Assembly: GCA_947501115.1 (NCBI GenBank)
Contig: CANMVX010000014.1
Coordinates: forward strand, 6,511 to 70,510
DNA length: 64,000 nucleotides
Direction: 5' to 3'
Source: Haliscomenobacteraceae bacterium
GTDB lineage: Bacteria > Bacteroidota > Bacteroidia > Chitinophagales > Saprospiraceae
Shown here: positions 19,165-29,043 of the stretch, in pieces
Layout: each line of letters starts with the position of its first letter
Position numbering within the stretch: position 1 is the first letter of the stretch
Translations under genes and position numbers: made by a program
The notes under the pieces: generated by a model
Told to the model about the DNA's origin: nothing
Database searches by the model: none
The model's input: the letters and a program-made list of their open reading frames with translations, nothing else

Positions 19165-20865
19165 ATGCGTTATAAACAAGCTTTAATCAATCTTTCCCTC
19201 GCTATAGGCATTATTATATTGTTAAATGTCTTAATGCACTCCCGCATTGGGAATTTTCCTCTTTACACCCGCTTTGATCTTACTGAAGACCAGCGGTTTA
19301 CCTTAACGCCGGCTACAACATCGTTGCTTCGCAATCTGGACGAGGTTGTTTTTGTCAAAGTATTGTTACAGGGTGACTTTCCCGCAGGTTATAAGCGTTT
19401 ACAAGAATCTGTGGAAGACATGCTACTTGACTTTCAGAGTGAAAATGCCCTTATTTCTTATCAGTATGAAGATCCATTAGCGGGAAATACAGAGCAGGTA
19501 AATACAAGAAAAAAGCAACTCGCTGAACTCGGCGTACTCCCTGTGAGCCTAAATGTCAGGGAAAATGGGGAGAGAAGTCAAAAACTTACCTACCCTTATG
19601 CTATTTTTTATTACAAAGGGCGAAGTATTCCTGTTAATTTTCTGGAAAATCAAATTCCAGGCGTTCCCCCTGATGTTATTCTAAATAAAGCAGTTACGCT
19701 GTTGGAATATAAGTTTATTCATGCCATTCAACAGCTAAAGCAAAGTACGAAACCAACCTTGCTGTTTTTGGACGGCCATGGAGAAAGTTTACCTGCCGAA
19801 ACCGCAGATATTGAAAATAGCCTGAGGGAAACTTTTAATACCGGACGTATTGTTCTCGATAGTGTCGTCGCCATTGACAGCACAGTAAAAACATTAATCA
19901 TTTCTTCCCCCAAAACGGCATTTTCAGATAAGGATAATTTTAAAATTGACCAGTATGTCATGCAGGGTGGCCGATTATTATTTCTCGTTGATAAAATAGC
20001 TATTCATTTAGATAGCTTGCGCCGGGGAGAATATTTGCCCAATGAAAGGAATCTGAATATAGATGATTTACTATTCAAATATGGTGCGCGATTACAGCCT
20101 AATTTATTGCTTGATATGCAAAGTAGCGTGATACCTTTAGCTACAGGGCAGGTTGGAAATGCCCCTCAATTTGAATATTTCAGGTATCCTTATCATTTGG
20201 TGGTTATACCGAATAGTAATCATCCGGCCGTAAAAAACATAGGTCCCATCAATATGCAATTTGCCGGAGGCATTGACACGGTGGCAACCAAATATCCGGT
20301 AAAAAAGACGGTTTTACTTCAAACTTCTGCTGAAAGTAGGTATCAATTCCTTCCTTTACGCATGAATTTTGACTTTATGAGATATCCTTTAGATGAAAAG
20401 TTATTCAATAAAGGGCCTCAATCGGTGGCCTTATTATTGGAGGGGTCATTTTCATCTCTTTTTGAAAATAGATTGGCATCCAGTATGCTTTCTTCCCTTC
20501 AAAATCAAGGTAGGCCTTTTGTAGGAAAATCGCCTGAGACCAAAATAATGGTTATTTCTGACGCTGATTTAATTCGGAATAGGATAGATAAACAGACCGG
20601 GAAAATAATACCGGCCGGTTATAATGAATTCGAAAAATACACCTTTTCCAACAAAGATTTTTTACTGAATGCGTTGGAATATTTGTCTGACGATGAAGGT
20701 ATTATAGCAGCAAGGGGTAAGGATATAAAACTCCGATTATTAAATACCACTAAAATTAAGGAGGAAAAGGTTAAGTGGCAAATCATTAATCTTTTGCTAC
20801 CTTTAGTTCTTATAACGCTGGGTGGTTTACTCTTTCATTTTATCCGTCAACGCCGTTACCAATAA
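19165..20865 (+). CDS. gldG: Gliding-associated ABC transporter substrate-binding component GldG
   Basis: 566 aa with N- and C-terminal TM anchors around a large extracytoplasmic domain. It sits immediately after gldF, the typical GldG architecture. Confidence 0.85.
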   Translation: MRYKQALINLSLAIGIIILLNVLMHSRIGNFPLYTRFDLTEDQRFTLTPATTSLLRNLDEVVFVKVLLQGDFPAGYKRLQESVEDMLLDFQSENALISYQYEDPLAGNTEQVNTRKKQLAELGVLPVSLNVRENGERSQKLTYPYAIFYYKGRSIPVNFLENQIPGVPPDVILNKAVTLLEYKFIHAIQQLKQSTKPTLLFLDGHGESLPAETADIENSLRETFNTGRIVLDSVVAIDSTVKTLIISSPKTAFSDKDNFKIDQYVMQGGRLLFLVDKIAIHLDSLRRGEYLPNERNLNIDDLLFKYGARLQPNLLLDMQSSVIPLATGQVGNAPQFEYFRYPYHLVVIPNSNHPAVKNIGPINMQFAGGIDTVATKYPVKKTVLLQTSAESRYQFLPLRMNFDFMRYPLDEKLFNKGPQSVALLLEGSFSSLFENRLASSMLSSLQNQGRPFVGKSPETKIMVISDADLIRNRIDKQTGKIIPAGYNEFEKYTFSNKDFLLNALEYLSDDEGIIAARGKDIKLRLLNTTKIKEEKVKWQIINLLLPLVLITLGGLLFHFIRQRRYQ

Positions 20866-20877
20866 CAAGAAAAACCA

Positions 20878-21873
20878 ATGCGTCGAGAAACGTTTGTTTT
20901 AATGTCTGTTTTTGTCCTCTTAGGCGCTGGATTCATCTTCCTTCAGCTAAAAAATAAACCGTTGGTTGATCCCGACAGAACGTTCCATATTGAAGATAAG
21001 CGACGCGTTCATGAGGTATTTATAACCCACAGAGATGGGGAGCAGGTGAAACTAAGTAGAAATGGAACCTCCTGGTTGCTCAATGATCGTTTTCCTGTCA
21101 ATCCTAATATTATGGAAAATGTATTGGATGCCATAGCCCGCATACAAATAAAATATGTTCCTCCACAAGCTGCCGTTCCGGCTATCATAAATGATTTAGC
21201 AAAAAATGGAATACGCGTCGAGATATTTGACCGGAATCATGAAAAGATAATGGGTTACTACGTCGGTGGTAGCACAGTTGATGAACGGGGAACACATATC
21301 ATCAGAGAAAACAGCGATTTGCCTATGATTGGAGAATTAGCTGGTTGGGAAGGCAATTTACGCTTCCGGTTTAGGATGAAAGGTAATGAATGGCGAGATA
21401 AAACAATTTTTCAGTATAAAGTAAATGAATTGAAGAGTGTTCAAATGATTTACCCTAAACAACAGCTTGCTTCTTTTACCCTTACCCAGCATAACGGATC
21501 TTATCAATTGGAATCTTCATCTACCCCTAAAAAAGTAGTTGAAATACCAAGCTCGAAGGGCATAGCGTATTTATCAGGCTTTGAAAAATTAGGAGCAGAA
21601 GCTTTTGAAACAGGAAATCCTTACAGAGATTCAATTGAAAATTCCCTACCATTTGTAACTATTAAACTACAAGAAAAAAAGGGAACCCAAAGAACCTTGA
21701 AAGTTTGGCCCATTTATCCGCTACAATCGTCTGATGAAGGCGTCGTTTTCAGGAATGACAACGGCACTGTTGAACGCTACTTCGCGGGAGAGGAAAACGG
21801 GGAATTTTATTTAATTCAAGATCGCGTTTTCAGGAAAATATTTAGGGGATTTGATTTTTTTACTCAACAATGA
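20878..21873 (+). CDS. DUF4340-like protein (commonly follows gldG)
   Basis: 331 aa with a single N-terminal TM helix. Position and size match the DUF4340 proteins usually encoded downstream of GldG-type genes. Recognised by context and eye. Confidence 0.55.
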   Translation: MRRETFVLMSVFVLLGAGFIFLQLKNKPLVDPDRTFHIEDKRRVHEVFITHRDGEQVKLSRNGTSWLLNDRFPVNPNIMENVLDAIARIQIKYVPPQAAVPAIINDLAKNGIRVEIFDRNHEKIMGYYVGGSTVDERGTHIIRENSDLPMIGELAGWEGNLRFRFRMKGNEWRDKTIFQYKVNELKSVQMIYPKQQLASFTLTQHNGSYQLESSSTPKKVVEIPSSKGIAYLSGFEKLGAEAFETGNPYRDSIENSLPFVTIKLQEKKGTQRTLKVWPIYPLQSSDEGVVFRNDNGTVERYFAGEENGEFYLIQDRVFRKIFRGFDFFTQQ

Positions 21874-21974
21874 CAGCTAATTATTTTTTCACCTTTTTCT
21901 TAACTTTTTAATTCCAAAAAAGTTACTTATAACTTAATGATGCGTTTAAAAGAAAACAGAAAAAGAGAAAGATA

Positions 21975-23171
21975 ATGATGCAAGCCAGTTCAGCAAAGGA
22001 TAGATTGCAATTTATAGATGCCATCAGGGCTTATGCCATATTGATGATGCTGCAAGGACATTTTGTAGATACCATGCTTGCTTATCGTTTCAGAGATCTA
22101 GAAAACGCATTATATTCCACCTGGTTCTTCATGCGAGGTATGACGGCACCTATCTTTTTCACAGTTACTGGTCTTGTTTTTACTTTTTTGCTACTTCGCG
22201 ATGGAAGACCAATAAAAGAAAATGAAAGAATTAGAAAGGGTATTCGCCGCGGATTTTTTCTGATATTCATGGGTTATCTCTTAAAAGTAAATTTCCCTGC
22301 TTTCTTAATAGGTTGGTTTTATAAAAGTTACCCAGCTTTAGACGTTTTACACAATATAGGATTTGCGTTATTAGCTCTTATTGGATTATATTGCCTCCAC
22401 CTCATAACTAAAATTTCATTGCCTCTTCTCTATTTCGGAGGTGGTATTTTCATATTTTTAATAAATCCTACCTGGCTCGCCTATGAATGGGACTTTTTAC
22501 CCATTGTATTAAGGAATTATTTTGATGCTGATAACGGGTCTATTTTCTTACCCGTACCCTGGCTTGGCTTTACTTTGTTAGGGGCAGGATTGGGTTGGCA
22601 TTTATTCCACAAAACGTATTTATATAGAACCTGGTACTGGCCAGCTATTTTATTGATATCAGGTCTAACTATACATTTTTTCTCCACCAGGGGGTTATAT
22701 TTACTACATCAGTGGACAGGGTGGGAAAATTTCCTACAATTAGCCTACGATAATGTATTATTCTGGCGATTTGGGCATGTGCTAATCATCATTTCCTTAT
22801 TTATCTTCCTGGAGAAAATCATCACATTCCCTCCGTTGATGTTAAAAATAGGTTCAGAAACTTTGACTATATATGCCACCCATTACGTCGTACTTTATGG
22901 TACTTGGTTAGGTATTGGCATTAAAACATTTGGGCAGTTCACCTGGCACCCTGTACCTGTTATCATTGGAGCTATTCTTTTTGTATTGGCAGCCATTATA
23001 TATATCAAATATATTGAAGAGATAAGAACAAAATTAGCGTTACATCTCCCGGGGAGATTGAGATATCTTAGACGCTATATACATATTATGGGTAAACGTC
23101 TATTTAAACAAGTGCTCGATCAGGTCAGGCAGTGGATTAATCTCTTATCGACCAATGTAGGCATTTGGTAA
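21975..23171 (+). CDS. DUF1624/heparan-alpha-glucosaminide N-acetyltransferase-like polytopic membrane protein
   Basis: 398 aa with ~10 TM segments. The N-terminal RLQFIDAIRAYAILMMLQGHF motif is typical of the acyltransferase-3/DUF1624 group. Confidence 0.6.
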   Translation: MMQASSAKDRLQFIDAIRAYAILMMLQGHFVDTMLAYRFRDLENALYSTWFFMRGMTAPIFFTVTGLVFTFLLLRDGRPIKENERIRKGIRRGFFLIFMGYLLKVNFPAFLIGWFYKSYPALDVLHNIGFALLALIGLYCLHLITKISLPLLYFGGGIFIFLINPTWLAYEWDFLPIVLRNYFDADNGSIFLPVPWLGFTLLGAGLGWHLFHKTYLYRTWYWPAILLISGLTIHFFSTRGLYLLHQWTGWENFLQLAYDNVLFWRFGHVLIIISLFIFLEKIITFPPLMLKIGSETLTIYATHYVVLYGTWLGIGIKTFGQFTWHPVPVIIGAILFVLAAIIYIKYIEEIRTKLALHLPGRLRYLRRYIHIMGKRLFKQVLDQVRQWINLLSTNVGIW

Positions 23172-23208
23172 AATAGCAAAGTTTGTTTCGACGAAATCTT
23201 GTATTTTT

Positions 23209-23234
23209 AAATGAAAAGTTTCTATTTTTCATTT
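23209..23234 (+). terminator. AT-rich hairpin, possible terminator
   Basis: AAATGAAAA-GTTTCTAT-TTTTCATTT forms a 9-bp perfect stem. It lies 38 nt after the stop of the membrane acyltransferase-like gene. Confidence 0.3.
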
Positions 23235-23271
23235 TAGATGGGTATATTAGTCGAAACAATACCCACACTAA

Positions 23272-24636
23272 ATGAATCGCACCTTCCTCTTTATTATTAT
23301 TTCCCTATTTTTTTCTACCCATTTTTTATTTTCGCAATCTGCCAACCTCACAAAGCCAAGTGCTCAACAGTTGCGTTGGCATGAGATGCAATATTATATG
23401 TTCATCCATTTTGGCGTTAACTCATTTACTAATCTGGAATGGGGTGAAGGAGCAGAAAATCCAAAAATATTTAACCCTCAAAATTTAGATTGCAGACAAT
23501 GGGCCAGAATAGCGAAAAAGGCAGGCATGAAAGCTATCATTTTAACCGTTAAACACCACGATGGTTTTTGCCTATGGCCTTCTGCATACACGGAACATGA
23601 TGTAGCTAACAGTAGCTGGAAAAATGGAAAAGGAGATGTTTTAAAGGAACTTTCAGAAGCATGCAAAGAATATGGTATTAAATTGGGCTTTTATATCTCA
23701 CCCTGGGACAGAAATAATCCTATTTATGGAAAAGATGATCAGGCGTATAATACCTATTTTAATAACCAGTTAAAAGAGATTTTAACTCAATATGGCCCTA
23801 TTTTCGAAGTTTGGTTTGATGGCGCCAACGGAGATCGTGAAAATCCTGAAAAATACCAGGCATATAATTGGACCTTATTTAACGAAACTATTCGTTCCCT
23901 GCAACCCGATGCACTGGTTTTTGGAGCGGGTTATGCAGATATAAGGTGGGTTGGTAACGAAAGAGGGGTAGCTTCAGAGACAAACTGGTGCACTTTCGAC
24001 TCAAAACAAAGAAATCCAAGTGAGGATGCACCCATTCCACTCCTTCAGGCAGGCATTAAAAACGGGGATTTATGGTGGCCCGCTGAAACCGATGTGTCTA
24101 TTAGACCAGGTTGGTTTTATCATCCGGAAGAAGACACAAAAGTCAAATCTGTAAATCAATTGGAAAAAATTTATTTTGAGTCCGTGGGCCGGAATACAAA
24201 TTTGCTGCTGAATATCCCTATCGATAGAGAGGGTCTTGTCAATGCTGCCGATTCTATCGCGCTCATGCAATTAAGAGCTCGTTTAGATGCCACTTTTATT
24301 GATAACAAACTAGAAAAATTATCTAAAGGGACACCGGACAACAATGCTTTTGTCGTTGGATTAAAAGGTAAAAAAACCTTTGACGTCATATCCCTTAAGG
24401 AAAATATAAGCCAGGGACAAACGATTGACGGTTGGAAAGTAGAAGCCTGGGTGAACAAACAATGGGTTTTACTTGGTGAAGCGACCACCGTTGGCTACCA
24501 AAGATGGCTCATTTTACCCAAAACAACCTCTCCTAAAATACGGATTAGCTTTAAAAATCCCCTACCCTCCCGTCAATTACTGGACGTGAATTTGTATTTA
24601 AGAGCCTCCCCGAATCCTTTACTGGACAAAAAATGA
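23272..24636 (+). CDS. GH29 alpha-L-fucosidase, secreted
   Basis: Signal peptide followed by GH29 blocks (QQLRWHEMQYYMFIHFG, AKKAGMKAIILTVKHHDGFCLWPS, EVWFDGANG) and a C-terminal beta-sandwich. Confidence 0.9.
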   Translation: MNRTFLFIIISLFFSTHFLFSQSANLTKPSAQQLRWHEMQYYMFIHFGVNSFTNLEWGEGAENPKIFNPQNLDCRQWARIAKKAGMKAIILTVKHHDGFCLWPSAYTEHDVANSSWKNGKGDVLKELSEACKEYGIKLGFYISPWDRNNPIYGKDDQAYNTYFNNQLKEILTQYGPIFEVWFDGANGDRENPEKYQAYNWTLFNETIRSLQPDALVFGAGYADIRWVGNERGVASETNWCTFDSKQRNPSEDAPIPLLQAGIKNGDLWWPAETDVSIRPGWFYHPEEDTKVKSVNQLEKIYFESVGRNTNLLLNIPIDREGLVNAADSIALMQLRARLDATFIDNKLEKLSKGTPDNNAFVVGLKGKKTFDVISLKENISQGQTIDGWKVEAWVNKQWVLLGEATTVGYQRWLILPKTTSPKIRISFKNPLPSRQLLDVNLYLRASPNPLLDKK

Positions 24637-25331
24637 AAAAATACATATTCACTATTTTCCTGACCATTGTAGGTTTACAGCTGATGCAAGCTCAGGATGA
24701 CCCATTTATAGGTTATTTTGAAAATAAAGCTGAGGAATTCTCTTTGAAAATCGATAAAACGCCCAAGAATGATTACAGCTGCGTTTTACATCTTCAGGGG
24801 AATACCATTTCCTTCACAGGAACAAAAATATTGGGAATGATATCCGGAATGTTAACGTTTCAGGGACAAAGTCTATCCTATTCATTGTCAAAGTTATTGG
24901 GAATATATTACTTTACGTTGGATGGTACTTCTTTAGTAGTTGAAAAAGGGAATCCTCCAACATCTAAAGACTCTCCGTCGGTTAAAAAAGACGCTAATCA
25001 GCCAGATGCCCTTTGGGAAAAAAGAATTTCAGGAAAGAAACTTATTTATCTTTATAATAGTAGTGGATTTTCCGACAAAACCGTCATTAATTTGTATTCA
25101 AATAAAACTTTTGAAGGTAGTCTTGAAAGTGTGTCTGTTTCTCAATTAGGGTCAGGATCCACTCGAAATTCTTCTAATGGGACGTGGAAAATCAATAAAT
25201 TATCTAATGGTACCTGGTTGGACCTAACCCATAAGGATGGATCTTCTGAAAGTTTTTTACTTGAGCAAAGGCAAGCAGGAAATGAAATAAATATGAATGG
25301 TAAAAGATTTTTTGTGACGGAATTAAACTAA
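24633..25331 (+). CDS. Hypothetical secreted protein
   Basis: 232 aa with a signal peptide (MKKYIFTIFLTIVGLQLMQAQ). Its start overlaps the fucosidase stop by 4 nt (ATGA). I recognise no family. Confidence 0.6.
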   Translation: MKKYIFTIFLTIVGLQLMQAQDDPFIGYFENKAEEFSLKIDKTPKNDYSCVLHLQGNTISFTGTKILGMISGMLTFQGQSLSYSLSKLLGIYYFTLDGTSLVVEKGNPPTSKDSPSVKKDANQPDALWEKRISGKKLIYLYNSSGFSDKTVINLYSNKTFEGSLESVSVSQLGSGSTRNSSNGTWKINKLSNGTWLDLTHKDGSSESFLLEQRQAGNEINMNGKRFFVTELN

Positions 25332-25377
25332 ATATTTTCTTATATTTAGTTTATTATAAACCCTAAATTTATTCGTT

Positions 25378-27339
25378 TTGGCTTCACCCATTTTGTCATC
25401 AAACCTTCTACGTTATAGCCTTATTTCAAGTATTCTTCTTGTATTAGGTTATTTTTATGTCAATAAAGAGGAGAAAGCCCCCATTTCAGACCCCAATGAC
25501 CTTAATCAATTAAATGTTGAAGCAAGGACTATTTTTGCCCACCATTGTTATTCTTGTCATGGAGAGGTTAAAAGTAAGGGCGGCCTACAACTACATACTA
25601 AAGCAGCTGCGTTTGCCGGAGGTGATGATGGTCCTGTCATTATACCCGGAGACATAGACAAAAGTGAATTAATACGTCGTATTACACTTCCGCAAAGTCA
25701 CAAAGACTACATGCCTTCAAAAGGAGAAAAACTAACGAAAGATCAGGTTCAAACGCTTATAAAATGGGTTGAAGCAGGGGCACCCTGGTCCGATAGTATG
25801 ACTACATCGGTTTACAGATTGGCTCCTTTCGAACTTATGTTGCCCAAAGTGCCCACCCCCAAAAAAGGACTTTCAAATCCTATCGATTTATTTGTCGATG
25901 TTTATTTTGAAAAAAATAAGGTGCAGTGGAAAGATCCTGTGGCCGATCCTTTATTTATTCGCAGGGTTTACCTGGATGTTTTAGGATTACTTCCCACCCC
26001 AAATGAAATAAAAGCATTCAACGAGGATAAAAACCCTAAGAAAAGGGATAGATTGGTTAAAACATTGTTGTCTAAAGACACCGTTTATGCGCAACACTGG
26101 TTAACCTTCTGGAATGATTTGTTGAGAAATGATTATTCTGGAACGGGTTATATAACGGGAGGACGAAGTTCTATAACCCCTTGGTTATATGAATCGTTAA
26201 CAAAAAATAAATCGTACGACTCTATTGTTCACCAGCTTATCAGCCCTTCAGAACCTTCTGCTGGTTTCATCAAAGGCATTCAATGGCGTGGAACAATCAA
26301 TGCCAGTCAGCGAGTGGAGATGCAGGCGGCACAGAATGTAGCGCAGGTATTTTTAGGCTTAAATTTAAAATGTGCCTCTTGTCATAACAGTTTTATCAGT
26401 GACTGGAAACTCGAGGATGCTTATGGTTTTGCTAATATTTTTGCTGAGGAGCCCCTCGAAATTTACCGATGCGACCAGCCTACCGGTAAAATTGCCTCAA
26501 ATAATCTTCTTTTTCCTTCCTTAGGGACATTAAAAGAAACCACTGACCGAATGGAGCGATTAAAAGATTTGGCAGGACTGTTGGTTCAGGAAAAAAATGG
26601 ACGTTTGTCCCGCACTTTTGTTAATCGGATCTGGGCACAGTTTATGGGCAGAGGTTTTATTGAACCCCTTGATTTTATGGATAATCTACCCTGGGACCAG
26701 GATTTACTTGACTGGATGGCCTTTGATTTTGTGCGGAACGATTATGATATTAAAAAGGTAATGTATCAGATTTTAACCTCTAAAACCTATCAGCAACCCT
26801 CTGTCGCTTTTGAAGAACCTGAAAAATTAATATCAAAAGACTATGTTTTTCAGGGAATGGTACGCAGGAGGCTTTCTGCCGAACAATTTGCCGATGCTAT
26901 AAGTAAGGCATTTTACCCTGTTTACACCGACTCAAATTTCGTTAAAAAGCACTTTCCGCAAATAAATGATATAAAATCTCCCTTTGTGAGGGCTTCCATG
27001 GTAAAGAATGATATTTTCATGACCGCCCTGGGTAGGCCTAACAGGGAAAATGTTGGGGCAAGTAGAAATAGCCAATCCAATTTAATTCAGGCGCTTGAGG
27101 TGACAAATGGTCAGATATTAAATACCAGACTACAGTTGGGGTCAGAAAAATGGTTATCAGCCAACTTAAGGAAAGACCAGTTAACAGATTCTCTTTTCCT
27201 GAATTTTTTAGGACGAACGCCCACAACGAGAGAGCGAAGAGCAACAAATTCCTTATTGTCTGAAAAGCCTAATGGCTCAGAGATTCAGGATTTGGTATGG
27301 GCCTTAACACTGCTCCCTGAATTTCAATTAATTTATTAA
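25378..27339 (+). CDS. PSCyt1/DUF1549/DUF1553 (Planctomycete cytochrome c-type) protein
   Basis: N-terminal TM helix and a CYSCH haem-c motif (25546-25560) in a PSCyt1-like context (CHGEVKSKGGLQLHT). DUF1549-like (FIRRVYLDVLGLLPT) and DUF1553-like (CASCHNSF) blocks follow. There is no in-frame ATG near the 5' end, so I infer a TTG start at 25378. Confidence 0.8.
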   Translation: MASPILSSNLLRYSLISSILLVLGYFYVNKEEKAPISDPNDLNQLNVEARTIFAHHCYSCHGEVKSKGGLQLHTKAAAFAGGDDGPVIIPGDIDKSELIRRITLPQSHKDYMPSKGEKLTKDQVQTLIKWVEAGAPWSDSMTTSVYRLAPFELMLPKVPTPKKGLSNPIDLFVDVYFEKNKVQWKDPVADPLFIRRVYLDVLGLLPTPNEIKAFNEDKNPKKRDRLVKTLLSKDTVYAQHWLTFWNDLLRNDYSGTGYITGGRSSITPWLYESLTKNKSYDSIVHQLISPSEPSAGFIKGIQWRGTINASQRVEMQAAQNVAQVFLGLNLKCASCHNSFISDWKLEDAYGFANIFAEEPLEIYRCDQPTGKIASNNLLFPSLGTLKETTDRMERLKDLAGLLVQEKNGRLSRTFVNRIWAQFMGRGFIEPLDFMDNLPWDQDLLDWMAFDFVRNDYDIKKVMYQILTSKTYQQPSVAFEEPEKLISKDYVFQGMVRRRLSAEQFADAISKAFYPVYTDSNFVKKHFPQINDIKSPFVRASMVKNDIFMTALGRPNRENVGASRNSQSNLIQALEVTNGQILNTRLQLGSEKWLSANLRKDQLTDSLFLNFLGRTPTTRERRATNSLLSEKPNGSEIQDLVWALTLLPEFQLIY

Positions 27340-27358
27340 AAGATTCAAATTTAGTGAA

Positions 27359-28789
27359 ATGATAAATGCATGGAATAGGCGTGAATTTTTAAAAACTGCC
27401 TCACAAGCTACCTTGGCCGCTTTGGCTGCTGGTGCACCAATGTCCTCACTACTAACTAGTTGTGCCGGGTCTAAACCAATAGACACCAGTACGGCCGACA
27501 CAGTTATATTACTATGGATGGCGGGAGGAATGGCACATACGGAAACGTTTGACCCTAAGAAATATACCCCTTTTGAAAAAGGGATGGAAGGAAATCGCGT
27601 TCTTTCCACTTTTCCAAGTGTTCCGACGGTTCTTGACGGTATTTCATTTTCAGAAGGATTACAGGAAATTGGCAAAGTAATGGATAAAGGGACCGTTATT
27701 CGCTCTTATGTGGCTGCCGACTTAGGACATATTTTACATTCCCGGCATCAATTTAATTGGCACACCTGTTATGAACCTCCACAAACCGTGGCAGCTCCTC
27801 ACATAGGTGCATGGATAGCAAAAGAATTGGGACCTAAAAACCCCGTAATTCCAGCATTTATAGATATTGGCCAGCGATTCACCGTAGGAGAGGCTGAAGA
27901 ATTAAAAGCATTTCACACCGCTGGATTTCTGGGAAATGAATATGGCCCATTCTTTATTCCCGATCCAAGTCAGGGTTTAGATAGCGTTCGTCCCCCGATT
28001 GGCATGAATTTGAAAAGATTTGAAGCCAGAAATAAACTGTATAAGGAACTGACTTCTACCTCACCCATTGGAGAATATGGAAGTGATTATCAGAAAGAAT
28101 CCTTACAACGTTCAATGGAACAGGCATATAGCTTGCTTCACTCCCCCGAATCAGCCGCTTTTAATTTATTGGACGAGCCAAAAGAATCTTATGATGCATA
28201 TAACACCGGTCGCTTTGGACTGGGTTGTTTACTGGCAAAAAGATTAACCAAACAAGGCGCCCGTTTTATAAGTGTTACCACGGAATACGAACCATTTTTT
28301 GGCTGGGATACTCATGACAATGGTCATACCAGACTGACGGCAATGAAAAAACAAATAGATAGGCCCATTGCCCAACTCATCAGAGATTTAGATGAATCAG
28401 GGCACTTGGACAGAACGCTAATCATTTTAGCCAGTGAATTTAGCCGCGATATGATGGTAGAGGGACGTCCAGACCTGAAAGTAAAGGAGCAAGTCGATCA
28501 ACCAGATATTCTGCACGAACTGAAATATTATGGTATGCACAGGCATTTTACGGACGGTTGTTCAGTATTAATGTTTGGCGGCGGTATAAAAAAAGGATTT
28601 GCGTATGGAAAAACAGCGGATGAAAGGCCATGTAAAACCATTGAAAATCCAATAAAAATTGATGGGCTGCACCAAACTATTTATCATGCCCTGGGCATTT
28701 CTCCGGACACAAATTATGACGTTGAAAAAAGACCATTTTATACCACACCCGATGGAAAAGGGAAAGCCGTTATGGATCTTTTCGCATAA
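27359..28789 (+). CDS. DUF1501 (sulfatase-fold-like) protein with a Tat signal
   Basis: NRREFLKTASQATLAALAAGA Tat signal. The blocks LLWMAGGMAHTETFDPK, GWDTHDN and ILASEFSR are typical of DUF1501 proteins that partner DUF1549/DUF1553 proteins. Confidence 0.85.
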   Translation: MINAWNRREFLKTASQATLAALAAGAPMSSLLTSCAGSKPIDTSTADTVILLWMAGGMAHTETFDPKKYTPFEKGMEGNRVLSTFPSVPTVLDGISFSEGLQEIGKVMDKGTVIRSYVAADLGHILHSRHQFNWHTCYEPPQTVAAPHIGAWIAKELGPKNPVIPAFIDIGQRFTVGEAEELKAFHTAGFLGNEYGPFFIPDPSQGLDSVRPPIGMNLKRFEARNKLYKELTSTSPIGEYGSDYQKESLQRSMEQAYSLLHSPESAAFNLLDEPKESYDAYNTGRFGLGCLLAKRLTKQGARFISVTTEYEPFFGWDTHDNGHTRLTAMKKQIDRPIAQLIRDLDESGHLDRTLIILASEFSRDMMVEGRPDLKVKEQVDQPDILHELKYYGMHRHFTDGCSVLMFGGGIKKGFAYGKTADERPCKTIENPIKIDGLHQTIYHALGISPDTNYDVEKRPFYTTPDGKGKAVMDLFA

Positions 28790-29043
28790 AGTGTCGTTGG
28801 CATGGTTCTTAGCGAACTATTTTTTTAAATGGAAACCCCATTTTCTCTTAGTTAGCCAGATAAGTATTTAGCTTTATTTCGCCTTGTACTAACCTAATTT
28901 TGAACAAGTTTCCATTTTTGACTGAATCAGAAACATACTTTCGGTTTCTGCAAAATCGGTATTTAACGGGTAAGAATAAAGTGCTTTATGCATCTTTCAT
29001 CGGTTAAGATTATAAGCAACATAACTTATTAAGGCATACTCAT

